From: Felis catus
Taxonomy: Eukaryota
DNA: 64,000 nucleotides
Reading direction: 5' to 3'
Assembly (NCBI RefSeq): GCF_018350175.1
Contig: NC_058377.1
Coordinates: 62,310,001 to 62,374,000 of the forward strand
In this document: piece by piece, positions 49,617 to 61,470 of the stretch
Layout of the letters: every line of letters begins with the position of its first letter
Position numbering within the stretch: position 1 is the first letter of the stretch
The notes under the pieces: model-generated
Database searches by the model: none
What the model was told of the DNA's origin: nothing
Seen by the model: the letters and a program-made list of their open reading frames with translations, nothing else
Translations under genes and position numbers: made by a program

Positions 49617-50582
49617 ATGCTAATGCTGAATAAAACAAACTGGACTCCAGCCTCATTCATTCTTAATGGAGTCCCAGGACTGGAAGACATGCACCTGTGG
49701 ATTTCTTTCCCATTCTGCTCCATGTATGCTGTGGCAATGGTAGGGAATTGTGGGCTTCTCTACCTCATCCACTTAGAGGACTCCCTGCACAGGCCCATGT
49801 ATTACTTTTTAGCTATGCTTTCCCTAACTGATATTGTCATGTGCTCTAGTACAATCCCTAAAGCTCTCAGCATCTTCTGGTGTCATCTCAAAGAAATTGG
49901 CTTTGGTGAATGTCTGGTACAGNNNNNNNNNNNNNNNNNNNNNNNNNNNNNNNNNNNNNNNNNNNNNNNNNNNNNNNNNNNNNNNNNNNNNNNNNNNNNN
50001 NNNNNNNNNNNNNNNNNNNNNNNNNNNNNNNNNNNNNNNNNNNNNNNNNNNNNNGGGCTTGCTACTTTCCTGAGAGGGGTGTTCCTCATCATTCCCTTCA
50101 CTTTCCTTACCAAGCGCCTGCCCTACTGCAGAGGGAATATAATTCCTCACACCTACTGTGACCACATGTCTGTAGCCAAGTTATCCTGTGGAAATATCAA
50201 GGCCAATGTCATCTATGGTCTGATGGTTGCCCTCCTGATTGGGGGCTTTGACATCTTGTGCATCACAGTCTCCTACACCATGATCCTCCGGGCAGTGGTG
50301 AGCCTCTCCTCAGCAGATGCTCGGCAGAAGGCTTTCAGCACCTGCACTGCCCACATCTGTGCCATCGTTTTCTCCTACAGTCCAGCCTTCTTCTCCTTCT
50401 TTTCCCACCGCTTTGGGGGCCACACAATCCCTCCATCTTGCCACATCATTGTGGCCAATATTTATCTGCTCCTGCCTCCCACTATGAACCCTATTGTCTA
50501 TGGAGTGAAAACCAAGCAGATACGCGACTGTGTCATAAGGATCTTTTCAGGTTCTAAGGACATCAAATCCCACAGCATATAA
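49617..50582 (+). CDS. OR52N4: Class I olfactory receptor, OR52N4-like copy b (132-nt N-gap across TM3-ICL2; intactness unproven)
   Basis: First in-frame ATG is 49617 (the track start 49611 is TTG). Both sides of the gap are in frame and match the paralogs. Confidence 0.8.
   Translation: MLMLNKTNWTPASFILNGVPGLEDMHLWISFPFCSMYAVAMVGNCGLLYLIHLEDSLHRPMYYFLAMLSLTDIVMCSSTIPKALSIFWCHLKEIGFGECLVQXXXXXXXXXXXXXXXXXXXXXXXXXXXXXXXXXXXXXXXXXXXXGLATFLRGVFLIIPFTFLTKRLPYCRGNIIPHTYCDHMSVAKLSCGNIKANVIYGLMVALLIGGFDILCITVSYTMILRAVVSLSSADARQKAFSTCTAHICAIVFSYSPAFFSFFSHRFGGHTIPPSCHIIVANIYLLLPPTMNPIVYGVKTKQIRDCVIRIFSGSKDIKSHSI
49923..50054. other. Assembly gap (others at 20557-20686, 30908-31035, 36218-36352, 38518-38718, 46123-46271)
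   Basis: N runs. Confidence 0.99.
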
Positions 50583-50888
50583 AGGACAGTTACCAAAAAA
50601 CAAACAAACAAACAAACAAACAAAAAAACATTTTTCATGACAGAGAGGAGCTCTTGTTTAGTCAAGAGGTGTAAAATGTTTTGGGAAGGACTATTTTGGT
50701 CATGGAAACGGAGCTTGTTGATTGGTGCATTTCTAAATAGATGTTTTGAAAATCTCAACTGGCCTGCCAACTGAGATTTCCATGAATTTTTTTCCTTCTC
50801 AGTCTTGTGAAGAATGAGTCTAATAATTAATACATATCTTTGAGCAAAGCCTGATTAGCCCATTTCATTAAAAAATAAAGTAGAAGTA

Positions 50889-50914
50889 ATTTGACAAATT
50901 ATATTTTAAAATAA

Positions 50915-50943
<29 letters not shown>
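50889..50943 (+). mobile_element. Ultra-short L1 3' tail insertion with (TAAA)n tail
   Basis: atttgacaa... plus A-rich tail; 15-bp TSD aataaagtagaagta at 50874-50888 and 50944-50958. Confidence 0.7.
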
Positions 50944-50946
<3 letters not shown>

Positions 50947-51655
50947 AAAGTAGAAGTAGGTGATTCTGATTCTGAATACCTATTATGATTTCTAGGTTGA
51001 GAGCCAGTTGTTGCTTTTCCCTGGAAAATATGTGCTGTATATTTTTAATCACTGCTTAATATGTTTTTTCAATGACTTCTTTCTGAAAGAGAAGTTATAA
51101 AGTATCCTTTGTATGGAGTCATTAAGGTAATAAATTTTAAGTCTCTGGGCATCTGAGAGAATGTGGCTGCATAGATCTCTCCTAGCTAGGACAGGCACAT
51201 TATTTCACTACAGACTAATCTGTGATGCAGTTTTCTTCAACAGGACTTTTGAAAGCACACAATCTGGAGGTTGGGGTAGATAGATCTCTCTAACCAAATG
51301 TAACAAACAATATAATTTTTCATAAGAACAGCATGAGAGGGGGTCAAAATCAACTTGTTTCCTCTTATCTGCAATTGTGAATCTAATAAATACAATGAAA
51401 TATCTCTGTCTAATATTCAAGATTCTTTTAAATTAATGAACAAGTCTGGTTCATTAGACTGGTGGAAATGGTGTTTTTATATTAATGTCTCATGATCTAA
51501 GCCAATTATTTAAGGGATATAGAATAAACTGAATTATTATTCTTATATATTTTTGTTCAACTTAAAGAATACATATTGTCTCTGCCCAATTTTGGTAACT
51601 ATACCAATCAAATTACATTTAATTACTTAATTAGTCTTTTACAATTTCACATTTT

Positions 51656-52063
51656 ATTTTTTTTCTTTTTCTTTTTTTTTATTAAATTTTTTTTAATTTT
51701 TTATTTTATAAAATTTACATCTGAATTAGAGGCAAGGGAAACAAAAGAAAAAATGAACTACTGGGACCTCATCAAAATATAAAGCTTCTGCACAGCGATG
51801 GAAACAATCAGCAAAACTAAAAGGCAACTGACAATGTGGGAGAAGATATTTGCAAATGACATATCAGATAAAGGGTTAGTATCAAAAATATATAAAGAAC
51901 TTATCAAACTCAACACCAAAAACCAAATAACCCAATGAAGAAATGGGCGAAAGACATGAATAGACACTTCTCCAAGGAAGACATCCAGATGGCCAACCGA
52001 CACATGAAAAAATGCTCAACATCACTCATCATCAGGGAAATACAAACTAAAACCATAATGAGA
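51656..52063. mobile_element. 5'-inverted (twin-primed) L1 insertion
   Basis: Minus-strand polyA/3' end (51656-51728) fused to a plus-strand ORF2 piece; TSD tacaatttcacatttt/tacaatatcacttttt. Confidence 0.75.
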
Positions 52064-52214
52064 TACAATATCACTTTTTAAAATCTTACAGACCACACCA
52101 CCCCCTAATATATAACCATCTTCCATTTTTTTACCCTATTTCTTTGCTTACCTTGATTTCAAAAGTTGTAACCAACTTGTTATAACCAACAAGTGTTGGT
52201 TATAAAGTGGCTTT

Positions 52215-52597
52215 TGTAAACAGAGGGCAAAGAGAGACTGAAGAGAGAGGCAGACCACTCCAGATTGGTAGGTATCAGGGTTAATAAGAAGGTATCATAC
52301 ACACAAGTCTTGTCTTGGGTGGTTACAAGATGAGTAGCTCTCCACACCTGCCTGCCAGAATCTTAAGAGTTTATATGGAAACCTTAACTGGGTTCAGTCA
52401 CATATACCATCCAGATAGTCTCAACAACATATTGCTGCATATTGAGGCTATGTCTTTAAGGGAGCTTCTGGTGTGGGTAAGGCAAGTACAATGCACAGTC
52501 CAAAGACAGGGAAGAGCACGAGGAGCCTACAATTTCCTAGGTCCAGTTCTCAGATCAACCTGGGGTCATGCCATCTTGAAGACCTAGTCAAAGAACA
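52215..52597 (-). mobile_element. Probable solo ERV LTR
   Basis: TG...CA bounds, GC shift relative to flanks, minus-strand TATAAA at ~52370. Confidence 0.55.
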
Positions 52598-52869
52598 AGT
52601 TGTCATCTTCTTTCCTTTTACTTTCTCAACTTGAAATAATTTTCCCACTAATTTGCCTTTTGGTCATCACATCCATCACCTGAAATTTCTTTTGCAATTT
52701 CACCCGTGGCTTCCATTTTAAGAAATTAAATAAGCCTCTCTCTGGGCTCATATAACTGTATGACTTAGGAATACGAAATGAAATTCTGTATTTCTGATAT
52801 CTTGAAACATTTCCATTATTTTACTTCAGAAGCATGACACATTGTATGATTTTCTTCACTCCTATTTAA

Positions 52870-54339
52870 AAAGAAGATGTACTAAATGGTCAACAGGTAG
52901 GAAAAGATGCTTGATATCATTAATCATTAGAGAAATGCAAATCAAGTCCAAAATGAGATATCATCTCACATCCTATTAAGATGTCAATTATAGAATAAAT
53001 CAAACAAAAAGTTGTTGGTGAGGATGTGGAAAAATTAGAACCCATGCCCACTGCCAGAGGGAATGCAATTTGTTCAGCCACAATAAAAAACAGTATAGAA
53101 ATTCCTCAAGAAGTTAAAAATAGAATTACCATATAATCCAAAAATCTCACTTCTGAGAATTTACCCAAAAGGACTGAAAATAAGATCTCAATGAGATATA
53201 TGTACTCTCATGTTCACTGCAGCATTACTCACAATATCCAAGATATACAAGTAACCTAAAGGTCCATGAATAGATGAATAGGTAAAGAAATATAGTATAT
53301 ACATATAGTGTAGTATTATTCAGGCATAAACACAAGGAAGCTGTCATATGCTATATCATGGATGGCCCTTGAATATATTATACTAAGTGAAATAAGTCAA
53401 CCACACAAGGACATAAAACAAATGTTATATGATTCCAGTTAAAATAGGCATTTTAATGTAATTAAGCTTATAGAAGTAGAAGGTTGAATGGTAATTATCT
53501 TTATATATTATAATAAGATGTATTATGATAATATAATGATTAACATATACTAATAAAACTACACATTGCCAATAAAATAAATTTTTAAAAATCCAATTAA
53601 ATGAAGAGACAAACAATGTTCACGGATGAGAAGATACCAGTTTTTCCTAAAGTGATACACAGGTGTGATGCAATTCCTATGAAAATCCCAGCAAGATTTT
53701 CTGTTGATATAGACAATTGTTTTCTAAAATTTATTTGGAATATCAAAGGAATGACAGTAGCTTAAAAAAATTGAAAATATATAATGAAATGAGGAAGTAG
53801 TCTTTGTAATTTCAAGACTTACATAGCTACAATAATCAAGACTGTGATATTAGCAGATCATAGAACATAGATCAATGGAACAGTATAGAGTACCTAGAAA
53901 TAGAACCCCACAAATATGCCCAAATGATTTTTGACAAATAAACAAAAGAAATCCATAAAGGAAATGTGGCCTTTCAAAAAACGTCTGTTAGAAGAATTAG
54001 GCATTGATAGGCAAACAAAACCAAAACACTCTTGACCTAAATCAAGATTGTACCTTGATTATACCTTATACACAAATTAACTCAAAATAATGCATTATAA
54101 ACTTAAATGTAAAATTTGAAGCTCTAAAACATTTTTAAAAACTATGGGATAAAACTTTAAGATCCAGGACTAGGCAGAATTCTTAGACTTGACACCAAAA
54201 CACAACTCAAAATAGAAAAAAAATAAATGAAAATTAAACCACATTAGAATTTTTTTTTTAATTTTGCTCTGCAAAAGACCCTACTAAGAGGATGAAAAGA
54301 CAAGCTACAGACTGTGAAAAATACTTTCAGGACATATCC

Positions 54340-54380
<41 letters not shown>

Positions 54381-54780
54381 AATGGTAAAAAAAATCCAAT
54401 TAGAAAAGACAAAAAACAAAAAAACAAAAAAACAAAAAAGCCCAGACATTTCATTGATAAGGATATACAAATGGCAAATAGACATATAAAAAAATGTTTG
54501 ATATCATTAGCCATATACAAATAAAAATTAAAATTGGAATAGAATATCACTATACAACCATGACATAAGATAAAATAAAGCATACTAAAAACATGAAATT
54601 CTGGTAAGAATATGGAAAAACAGAATCACAAATACAGTGATGGTAGCAATATAAAAAAGGACAGCTATTCTGGAAAATATTTTGACAGTGTCTTAAAAAC
54701 ACAGTACTGGAGCTATCATACAACTTAGCAGTTACGCTCCTGAGCATTTATCCCAGAGAAATACTTGGGTTCACACACAA
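52870..54780 (+). mobile_element. Old L1 ORF2/3' fragments
   Basis: Degenerate ORF2 C-terminal motifs in two successive pieces. Confidence 0.7.
54341..54378. repeat. (CA)n microsatellite
   Basis: Direct reading. Confidence 0.97.
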
Positions 54781-54971
54781 AAAAGCAGTAAACTGTGAGC
54801 AACATGAATGAAAATGGCAAAATGACAATATTAAAAGTTTGTCCCTAATACAAACAATGGATAAACTACAAAAAAAAAAAACCCTGTCAAAATCAACTTT
54901 CTCACCTTCTTGATGCTAATTAAAAGTTTTCAGCAATTAGGGGAATGCTTAATAAAAAAAATAGCTGGGTC

Positions 54972-55709
54972 ACTGTGCAAAAACAGTATGGAATTTCCTC
55001 AAAATATTAAAAATAAAAATATCATATGATCCATTAATTCCATTTCTGGGTATTTATACAATGAAAACAGAAACACTAATTTGAAAAGGTATATGCATTC
55101 CTCTGTTTATTGCAGCATTATTTACAATAGCCAAAATATGGAAGCAATCTCAGTGCCCAAGGACAGGTGAATAGATAAAGATGTGGTATATATACACAAT
55201 AAGATACGCAGCCATAACAAGGATGAAGTCTTGCCGTTTGAGACATATGGATGGATCTAGGCAGTATTATGTTAAGTAAAATAAATCAGACTGAGAAAGG
55301 CAAATACATATGATTTCACTCGTGTCTGGAATCTTAAAACAAAACAAAACAAATGAATAAACAAACAAAAAGCAGAATCAGGCCCGTAAATACAGAAAAG
55401 AAATTGGTAGTTGCCAGAAGGTAGGAAGGTGGGAGGATGGACCAAATGGGTAAAGGAGAGTGGGAGATACAGGCTTCTAGTTATGGAATGAGTAAGTCAT
55501 GGGACAACATAGGGAGTAAATGGTACAACATAGGGAATACAGTCAATGATATTGTAATTGATGTATGGTGACAGAGGGTAACTACATCTGTGGTGAGCAT
55601 AGCATAATGTATAGAGATGTTAAATCACTATGTTGTACACCTGAGACTAATGTAACATTGTGTTTCAACTGTATTCAAATTAAAAAATTAAAAAGAAATA
55701 AAAAATAAA
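54972..55709 (+). mobile_element. 5'-truncated carnivore L1 3' end (similar to 19832-21408)
   Basis: 3'UTR gttatggaatgagtaagtcatggg...tgttgtacacctgagactaatgtaacattg plus A tail. Confidence 0.85.
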
Positions 55710-55722
55710 TTATTTGCACACA

Positions 55723-56007
55723 TATGTGTAGAAGTATATGGGAATAGCTATATGCTTAACTCATTAAACTATACTGTGTATAAACCATCTTTCAACCAGC
55801 ATCTTTTTTCATTAAGGTCTAAGTGTATATAAACTTATGTGTTGAAGCATATGGGAATAGCCTGTTTTTAACTCACTGAACCTACATTGGGTATAATGTG
55901 TCTTTCAAGTAACATCATCATTCATTAAGATATAAATGTTTGTAAACTTATGTGTAGAAGCCTGTGGGAATAGATTTATGCTAAACTCTTTAAAACTACA
56001 CTGTGCC
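55723..56007. repeat. 113-bp tandem repeat, about 2.5 units
   Basis: tatgtgtWgaag...tgggaatag starts at 55723, 55836 and 55949. Confidence 0.9.
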
Positions 56008-56074
56008 CCAAAATAAATAATAATAAATTAAGCCTAAAAAGTAGAAGAATCTAAGAAAGCTTTGTGACTTTTTA

Positions 56075-56390
56075 AAAAATTGTGGTAAAAGTCACATAAT
56101 GCAAAATTTACCATTTTAATTATGTTAAAGGTACAATTCAGTGGCTTTTAGTACATTCCTAGTGTTGTGAAACCATCACCACTAATTCCAGAATATTTTA
56201 GTCATCTCCCCCAAAAAGCCTATACATTTTAAGCAGCCACCTCCTTCCCCATACTGCTGGTATCCAAAAATTTACTTTCTATTTTATGGATTTGCCTATT
56301 CTTAATATTTCATGTAAAGGGAATAACACAATATGTGACTATCTGTCTCTGAAATCTTTGATCTAACATAAAATTTCCAAGGTTCATGTT
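56075..56390 (-). mobile_element. Old L1 (L1M-type) 3' end
   Basis: aaaatttaccattttaa...gtacaattcagtggcttttagtacattc. Confidence 0.7.
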
Positions 56391-56599
56391 GTTTGACCCC
56401 TTTTTAAGACCTACTACTCTGACGTGGGGATGTCTAAATACTCAATGATGTCGTTTAATTAGAGACATTAACGAATAAGTGAATGAAATAAACGGATGGA
56501 TATGTGAGTGACAAACATTCTGTGCTAAGTGCTTTTACCATGTATCCTACAAGACCTCATACAAAAAGAAAGACCACTGCAGTAGTATTAAAATAACTC

Positions 56600-59500
56600 A
56601 CTTTTATTAAAACTTGTGCTCATTTTAATTCCTCTCCATTAAATACATGGGTATGCACAAACATACATGCACATGAAAAATTCATTTATTCAGTATCATC
56701 ATATACAGTAAGAATGGAAACCATCCATTCTTTTCCTCCTCTCATAAAGGTTAGCTTGATTGCCACACAAACACCTGTGTCTCTAATGTTTTGAAGTATC
56801 CCTTTAGGATAGATAGGACATTTTTCTTAAATACCCATTTCACTAATACAGATACCATGGGATTCAGAAATTGAATGCTGTGCATGTATATATATCATAT
56901 GTTTTTTGACTACGATCCTGAACACCTGGACCAGATTGCATTCAGCTCACTGTCTGTTCTTTAGAACCTAAGGTATTAAAGGAACATAAACGTGGGACTA
57001 GAGGATTTATTATTGTTTTTTAGGCAGAAAGATAAAGTAGAGGTTTTGAATGCATATGAATTGTTTATGATATTCTCAGAAATACAGATTTGAGTCCATT
57101 CATCATGTTTGCAGGCAAGAGTGTTGTGGGAGGCTGGGAGGTTAGAAAATGTTTACCCAATGCTCAGATTGCAATTCAGCATAACTTTGCATCATGATTA
57201 TGAATATCTAGGCCATTTCCATAACCAAATAGGAATCATTGTTTCTGTTGTAGTGGAAGTCAGGTATGAATCATGCTTATGGCAAGAAGAAATGGGGGAC
57301 ATCTAGAGAAGAGTTCTCAGTCATGGTGAGAACACTCTTGCTTCTTACCTGCCCTCCCCTTGTTCTCAGAAAGAGAATCTAATTTTTCTTGTTAATTATC
57401 TAGAGACACTTAGTTGAGACTGAATTTCATCCATTTTAGATAAAAACACTTGCTGAGAGGGACCCACTATCATAACGAGAGAGCAAATTTATTGTGTATG
57501 GGGTTTGGGAATGGTAATAGACAAAAGTTGATATCAAAGTTGTACTTTAAAAATAATATATATGTGCTTGTGTTCCTCTTCCAATATACCTGTCCACACC
57601 CACGACATAGTATTAGTTAATTTTCCTTGCTAGAAAAATTGGATTATGATATATCTAAATCATTTTAAACCTGTTTTGGACATTTCCTTACTTATTTTGT
57701 GGTTAATAGTATACAACGTGTGTATAAGTGTGGATCTCTGACAGTTTTGCAAATATATTAAACATGGGACCTAAAATTATTGTGTAACATGAAAGTCACT
57801 TTTAGTAATTAAAGATACATCTATAGAAAGAAAGCACAAGATATAAGCAGGATATTTACTTCATATTTAGGAAAGATAGTCTCTAGAACACAGCAAAAGT
57901 AATCTCCAAAATATATTGCCTATTTTTAAATTACATGTACCGATACTTTTCCTAAATGAATCTCCTTCTGTTGCGTAAAGAGTTGACATTTGAATGTATA
58001 TAGGAGGAATGAGTAGTGATATTATTTTTTCAACAACTTATGACAATTTATTACACCCTAGCCACGCATTTATAAAAAATAAATTTCAATATCTATTTTA
58101 ATGGTAAACATGCGCATATATAGATAAACATATATGCACTTACATACATACATAAGAATTTTATACTTTAAAAAAATATCCTTTAATGATAGCTGTGAAA
58201 ATAATCATAAAAATATTTTTTATTCAAGCGTAAAGTACACATTTACAAGCCTGATAGAATGAAACTTGATAGCAGTTTGTTACCCGTGGAAACACAACAC
58301 TTACATTGTGAACCCACAGTTTTCCTTTTTCCAAAATGCAAATTGTAAGGCTTTTGTTAGCCCGCTTGAAGGCCAAACGAATGACACTGAAATGAGAAGT
58401 GGAGGATGAGCTAATAAGCTGTGATATAATTAAAGTGTCTCATTTTATTTTTCACTTATTTATTTTTCAGTGTCTCAACTTAAAACTTCTGTGTACTAAC
58501 AGAGTGAACCAGAGAATTATTTCAGGACTGTACAATGTTTGGTTGTGGAAAAACTTTGCCAAAGCTAGAGGTGGGTGACGCACTTTGGTGTACCAGCTTT
58601 AATTTCCCCGTGTCAAGCCTTTTATTTTACTCGAAAGTGATATTGACTCAATATTTTCTTGTTTTTGTTTCTGCATTATCTCAAAGTAATATTTTATCCA
58701 AAATTTTTTGGTATATTTTGTTTCTTGGTATGTTTCATGTTTACAAAACAAACAAGCAAAAAAGCAAAAACTTTGTGCATACTTTGTGTGTGGTCTACTT
58801 TCCGATATACCTCTTCTTCAAAACTATACAATATTGTTTTTAAAAATCACTCTGACTTAGGACTAATTCGTAGCGTAGTTCAAATAGTTGATTTTTGTTT
58901 TTCAAACCAATATATTTATTTTACTTAGGACATTATTTTTTCCTGCTTCCTTGGGATTTCCTTTGTTTTCTCTATTTCATTTAAACTTAATGGTTTCTGG
59001 TGATTTATGAGCTTTTTTCCTCTGGTAGTTCCTTTCTGTTTTCCAAGTAATAATATTTATATTACAGCATTTAATTTAATAATGCCTAAAATCAAGTACA
59101 GACTATGATTCATTAATTCATTAATCTGCTCTTTTATTCCAAAATTATTGACATTTAATATGTACTAAGCGTCTTGCTATAGACTGCAGGTGTAAAATAC
59201 AATCTGTCTTAATGTGAAGGTTTTATTAAATTGTGGATGATTCAAGAATAGAATAAGATTTTTATAATACCATGATGTTGAAATAGTGAAAGTTATTGAT
59301 TCCATCAACATATCCATTCCTTACTGTAAGCCGGGTACTTTGCTAATTACACTGTATTAAGAGGCTTTAGAAGTTGGCTTTCTAAACAGTCCAAGAGAGA
59401 GCTGAATCTTCCTGGAATGTGTTATACTAGAGGCTGTTATGGGAGAACACAAAAAGGAGAGAAGATTGCAAAATCATGAAGCTAAAAATATCAGTATGAG

Positions 59501-59620
59501 AGGAGGAAATTGTAAGCACAAGAGAGAACACTGCTCTGCCCATCTGGCCTGTCATAAACCTAACCACACTTCATGTTTAAAAGCATTTGTCCATTCCTCT
59601 TAGCAGCTCTTCTGATATGC
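56600..59620 (+). repeat. Older paralogous block B3-C3-D3 upstream of OR52N4-c
   Basis: Lower but colinear similarity to blocks B, C and D. Confidence 0.7.
56730..56980 (+). promoter_or_regulatory. OR52N4-type upstream module, copy 4 (upstream of OR52N4-c)
   Basis: ggttagcttgat...TCCCTTTAGGA ~56799 (degenerate O/E), donor AAG|GTATTA with GT at 56973. Confidence 0.5.
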
Positions 59621-59650
59621 CTCAAAGTTAACTTCATTCTCATTCCTTCT

Positions 59651-59846
59651 TTTTTTTTAATGTTTATTTATTTATTTTGAGGCAGAGAAGGACAAAGAGA
59701 GACGGAGAAAGAAAATCCCAAGGAGGCTCTGTGCTGTCAGTGCAGAGCCTGATGCAGGGCTTGATCTCATGAGTTGTGCGATCATGACCTGAGCTGAAAT
59801 CAAGAGGCCCACACCCAGCCAACTGAGCCAGTCACCTGTGCTCCCC
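59651..59846 (-). mobile_element. Can-SINE
   Basis: Reverse SINE body. Confidence 0.87.
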
Positions 59847-60149
59847 TCTGTAGCCTCTTTCTTCAGTATGGTTTAATATTCAAAATTCACCAGATATGTG
59901 AGAAACTCCTCCAATGTAAAAAAGCTATATAAAAATAAATAATTGAAACTTAAATGATATGGAAATTATATGTAATGTGTATACCTTCAAATATATATTT
60001 ATTACCACCAGATGCGCAAGATTCAGAAGAAAATGTGATATTGGAAATTTGTAATATTAGACAACAACAAACAATGCAAGATATTTGGGATATAGAATTC
60101 AGGAATTTTTCTAGAAAATGGATTATAAAAATATATCCAATATAAACAT

Positions 60150-60344
60150 TAATTTTTGAAGGAGAGAGACAGAACAGGAGTGAGGGAGGGACAGAGAGAG
60201 AGAGAGGGAGACACAGAATCTGCAGCAGGCTCTAGGCTCTGTGCTGTCAGGATAGAGCCAGATGTGGGGCTCAAACCCACAATCTGTGAAATCATGACCT
60301 GACCTGAAGTTGGATGCTTAACCTACTGAGCCACCCAGGTGCCC
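60150..60344 (-). mobile_element. Can-SINE
   Basis: TSD caatataaac. Confidence 0.9.
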
Positions 60345-61470
60345 CAATATAAACGTTTTAAGAGAGAAAAAAGAAAAGAGAATAAGCCCAGAAGATCTAA
60401 CTAAAAGTAACAGTAGTAAAATAACAAGGATGTGGTTGTGAAGATAATATCAAAAATTAATGCAAGAAAATTTCCGAAACCAAAGGTTGCAGATTTCCAG
60501 ACACAAAAAGCCCAATAAGTGCCTGCACAATAAAAGACATGCACACGGACATCTCTATCATCATAACTTCTACCACTGAATTTGAAAGCATAGAAGTTTA
60601 AAAATGTTCTTAAATATTTCAGAACCAAAAAACAAATAAATGAAGAAAAGCAAAGAATAGTTCATGTAAAAAAGTATCAGTGGTCCTCTTACTACCTATA
60701 GCTTAAGCTAGGAGATTGAGAATGTCTTTGAAATTCAGACCTTAGAAACCTCATCCACAAAGACCCACCATTTACTTAATAATAACATGCAGATTAATAA
60801 AAATGCATTCTAGGCTTTTAATGAGGATAAAATGAGTTAATATATTTATAAACTTCTTAGAACTTTACCTGGTACATAGTAGGCATAAATATAAATTATT
60901 ATTAAACATAAAACAATAAAATATAAAAAAAGAATAACAATGCACCTTAATCATATCCGTTGTGTTACTGGTAAGGTATTCAATGAGTTCTACTTTAAGA
61001 AAATACCTAAACTGGAGAGGGTATAGTAATTAACATTCAAATGAGATATTATATCAGATATCAATCAGAAAGATCATAATGACATAGATCATGGGTGTAA
61101 CACAATTACACTTGATTATAAGTTTAGAGGGATTGTATCTATATCCTTTTGTTTTAAAGTAATGTAGATGCAATATCTGTGATAAAACCTGATGCATAGT
61201 GGGTGTTATGTATTTTCAATGAACTGATAAATTAATGAATTAACAATGGCTTAAATGAGTTTAGACAATGTTTAAATAAACAGTTCCTGACATTCCAAAT
61301 GTTTGTTTTCTTATTATTAAAATACAATATTTAACAGAGAGAAGAGACAGAGAGCACAACTAAGATTTTTTTTTTCTATTTTTTCCAAATCTTGGAGGGT
61401 CAAAAAACAAAACAAAACAAAAAGCAAATTACAACCTTACAAGCATCTTAATGATCATACCAGCCTAATT

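Noticed and set aside
55723-56007. Regularly spaced repeats resembling a CRISPR array
   Set aside because: Mammalian DNA; the whole unit is repeated, with no unique spacers and no cas genes.
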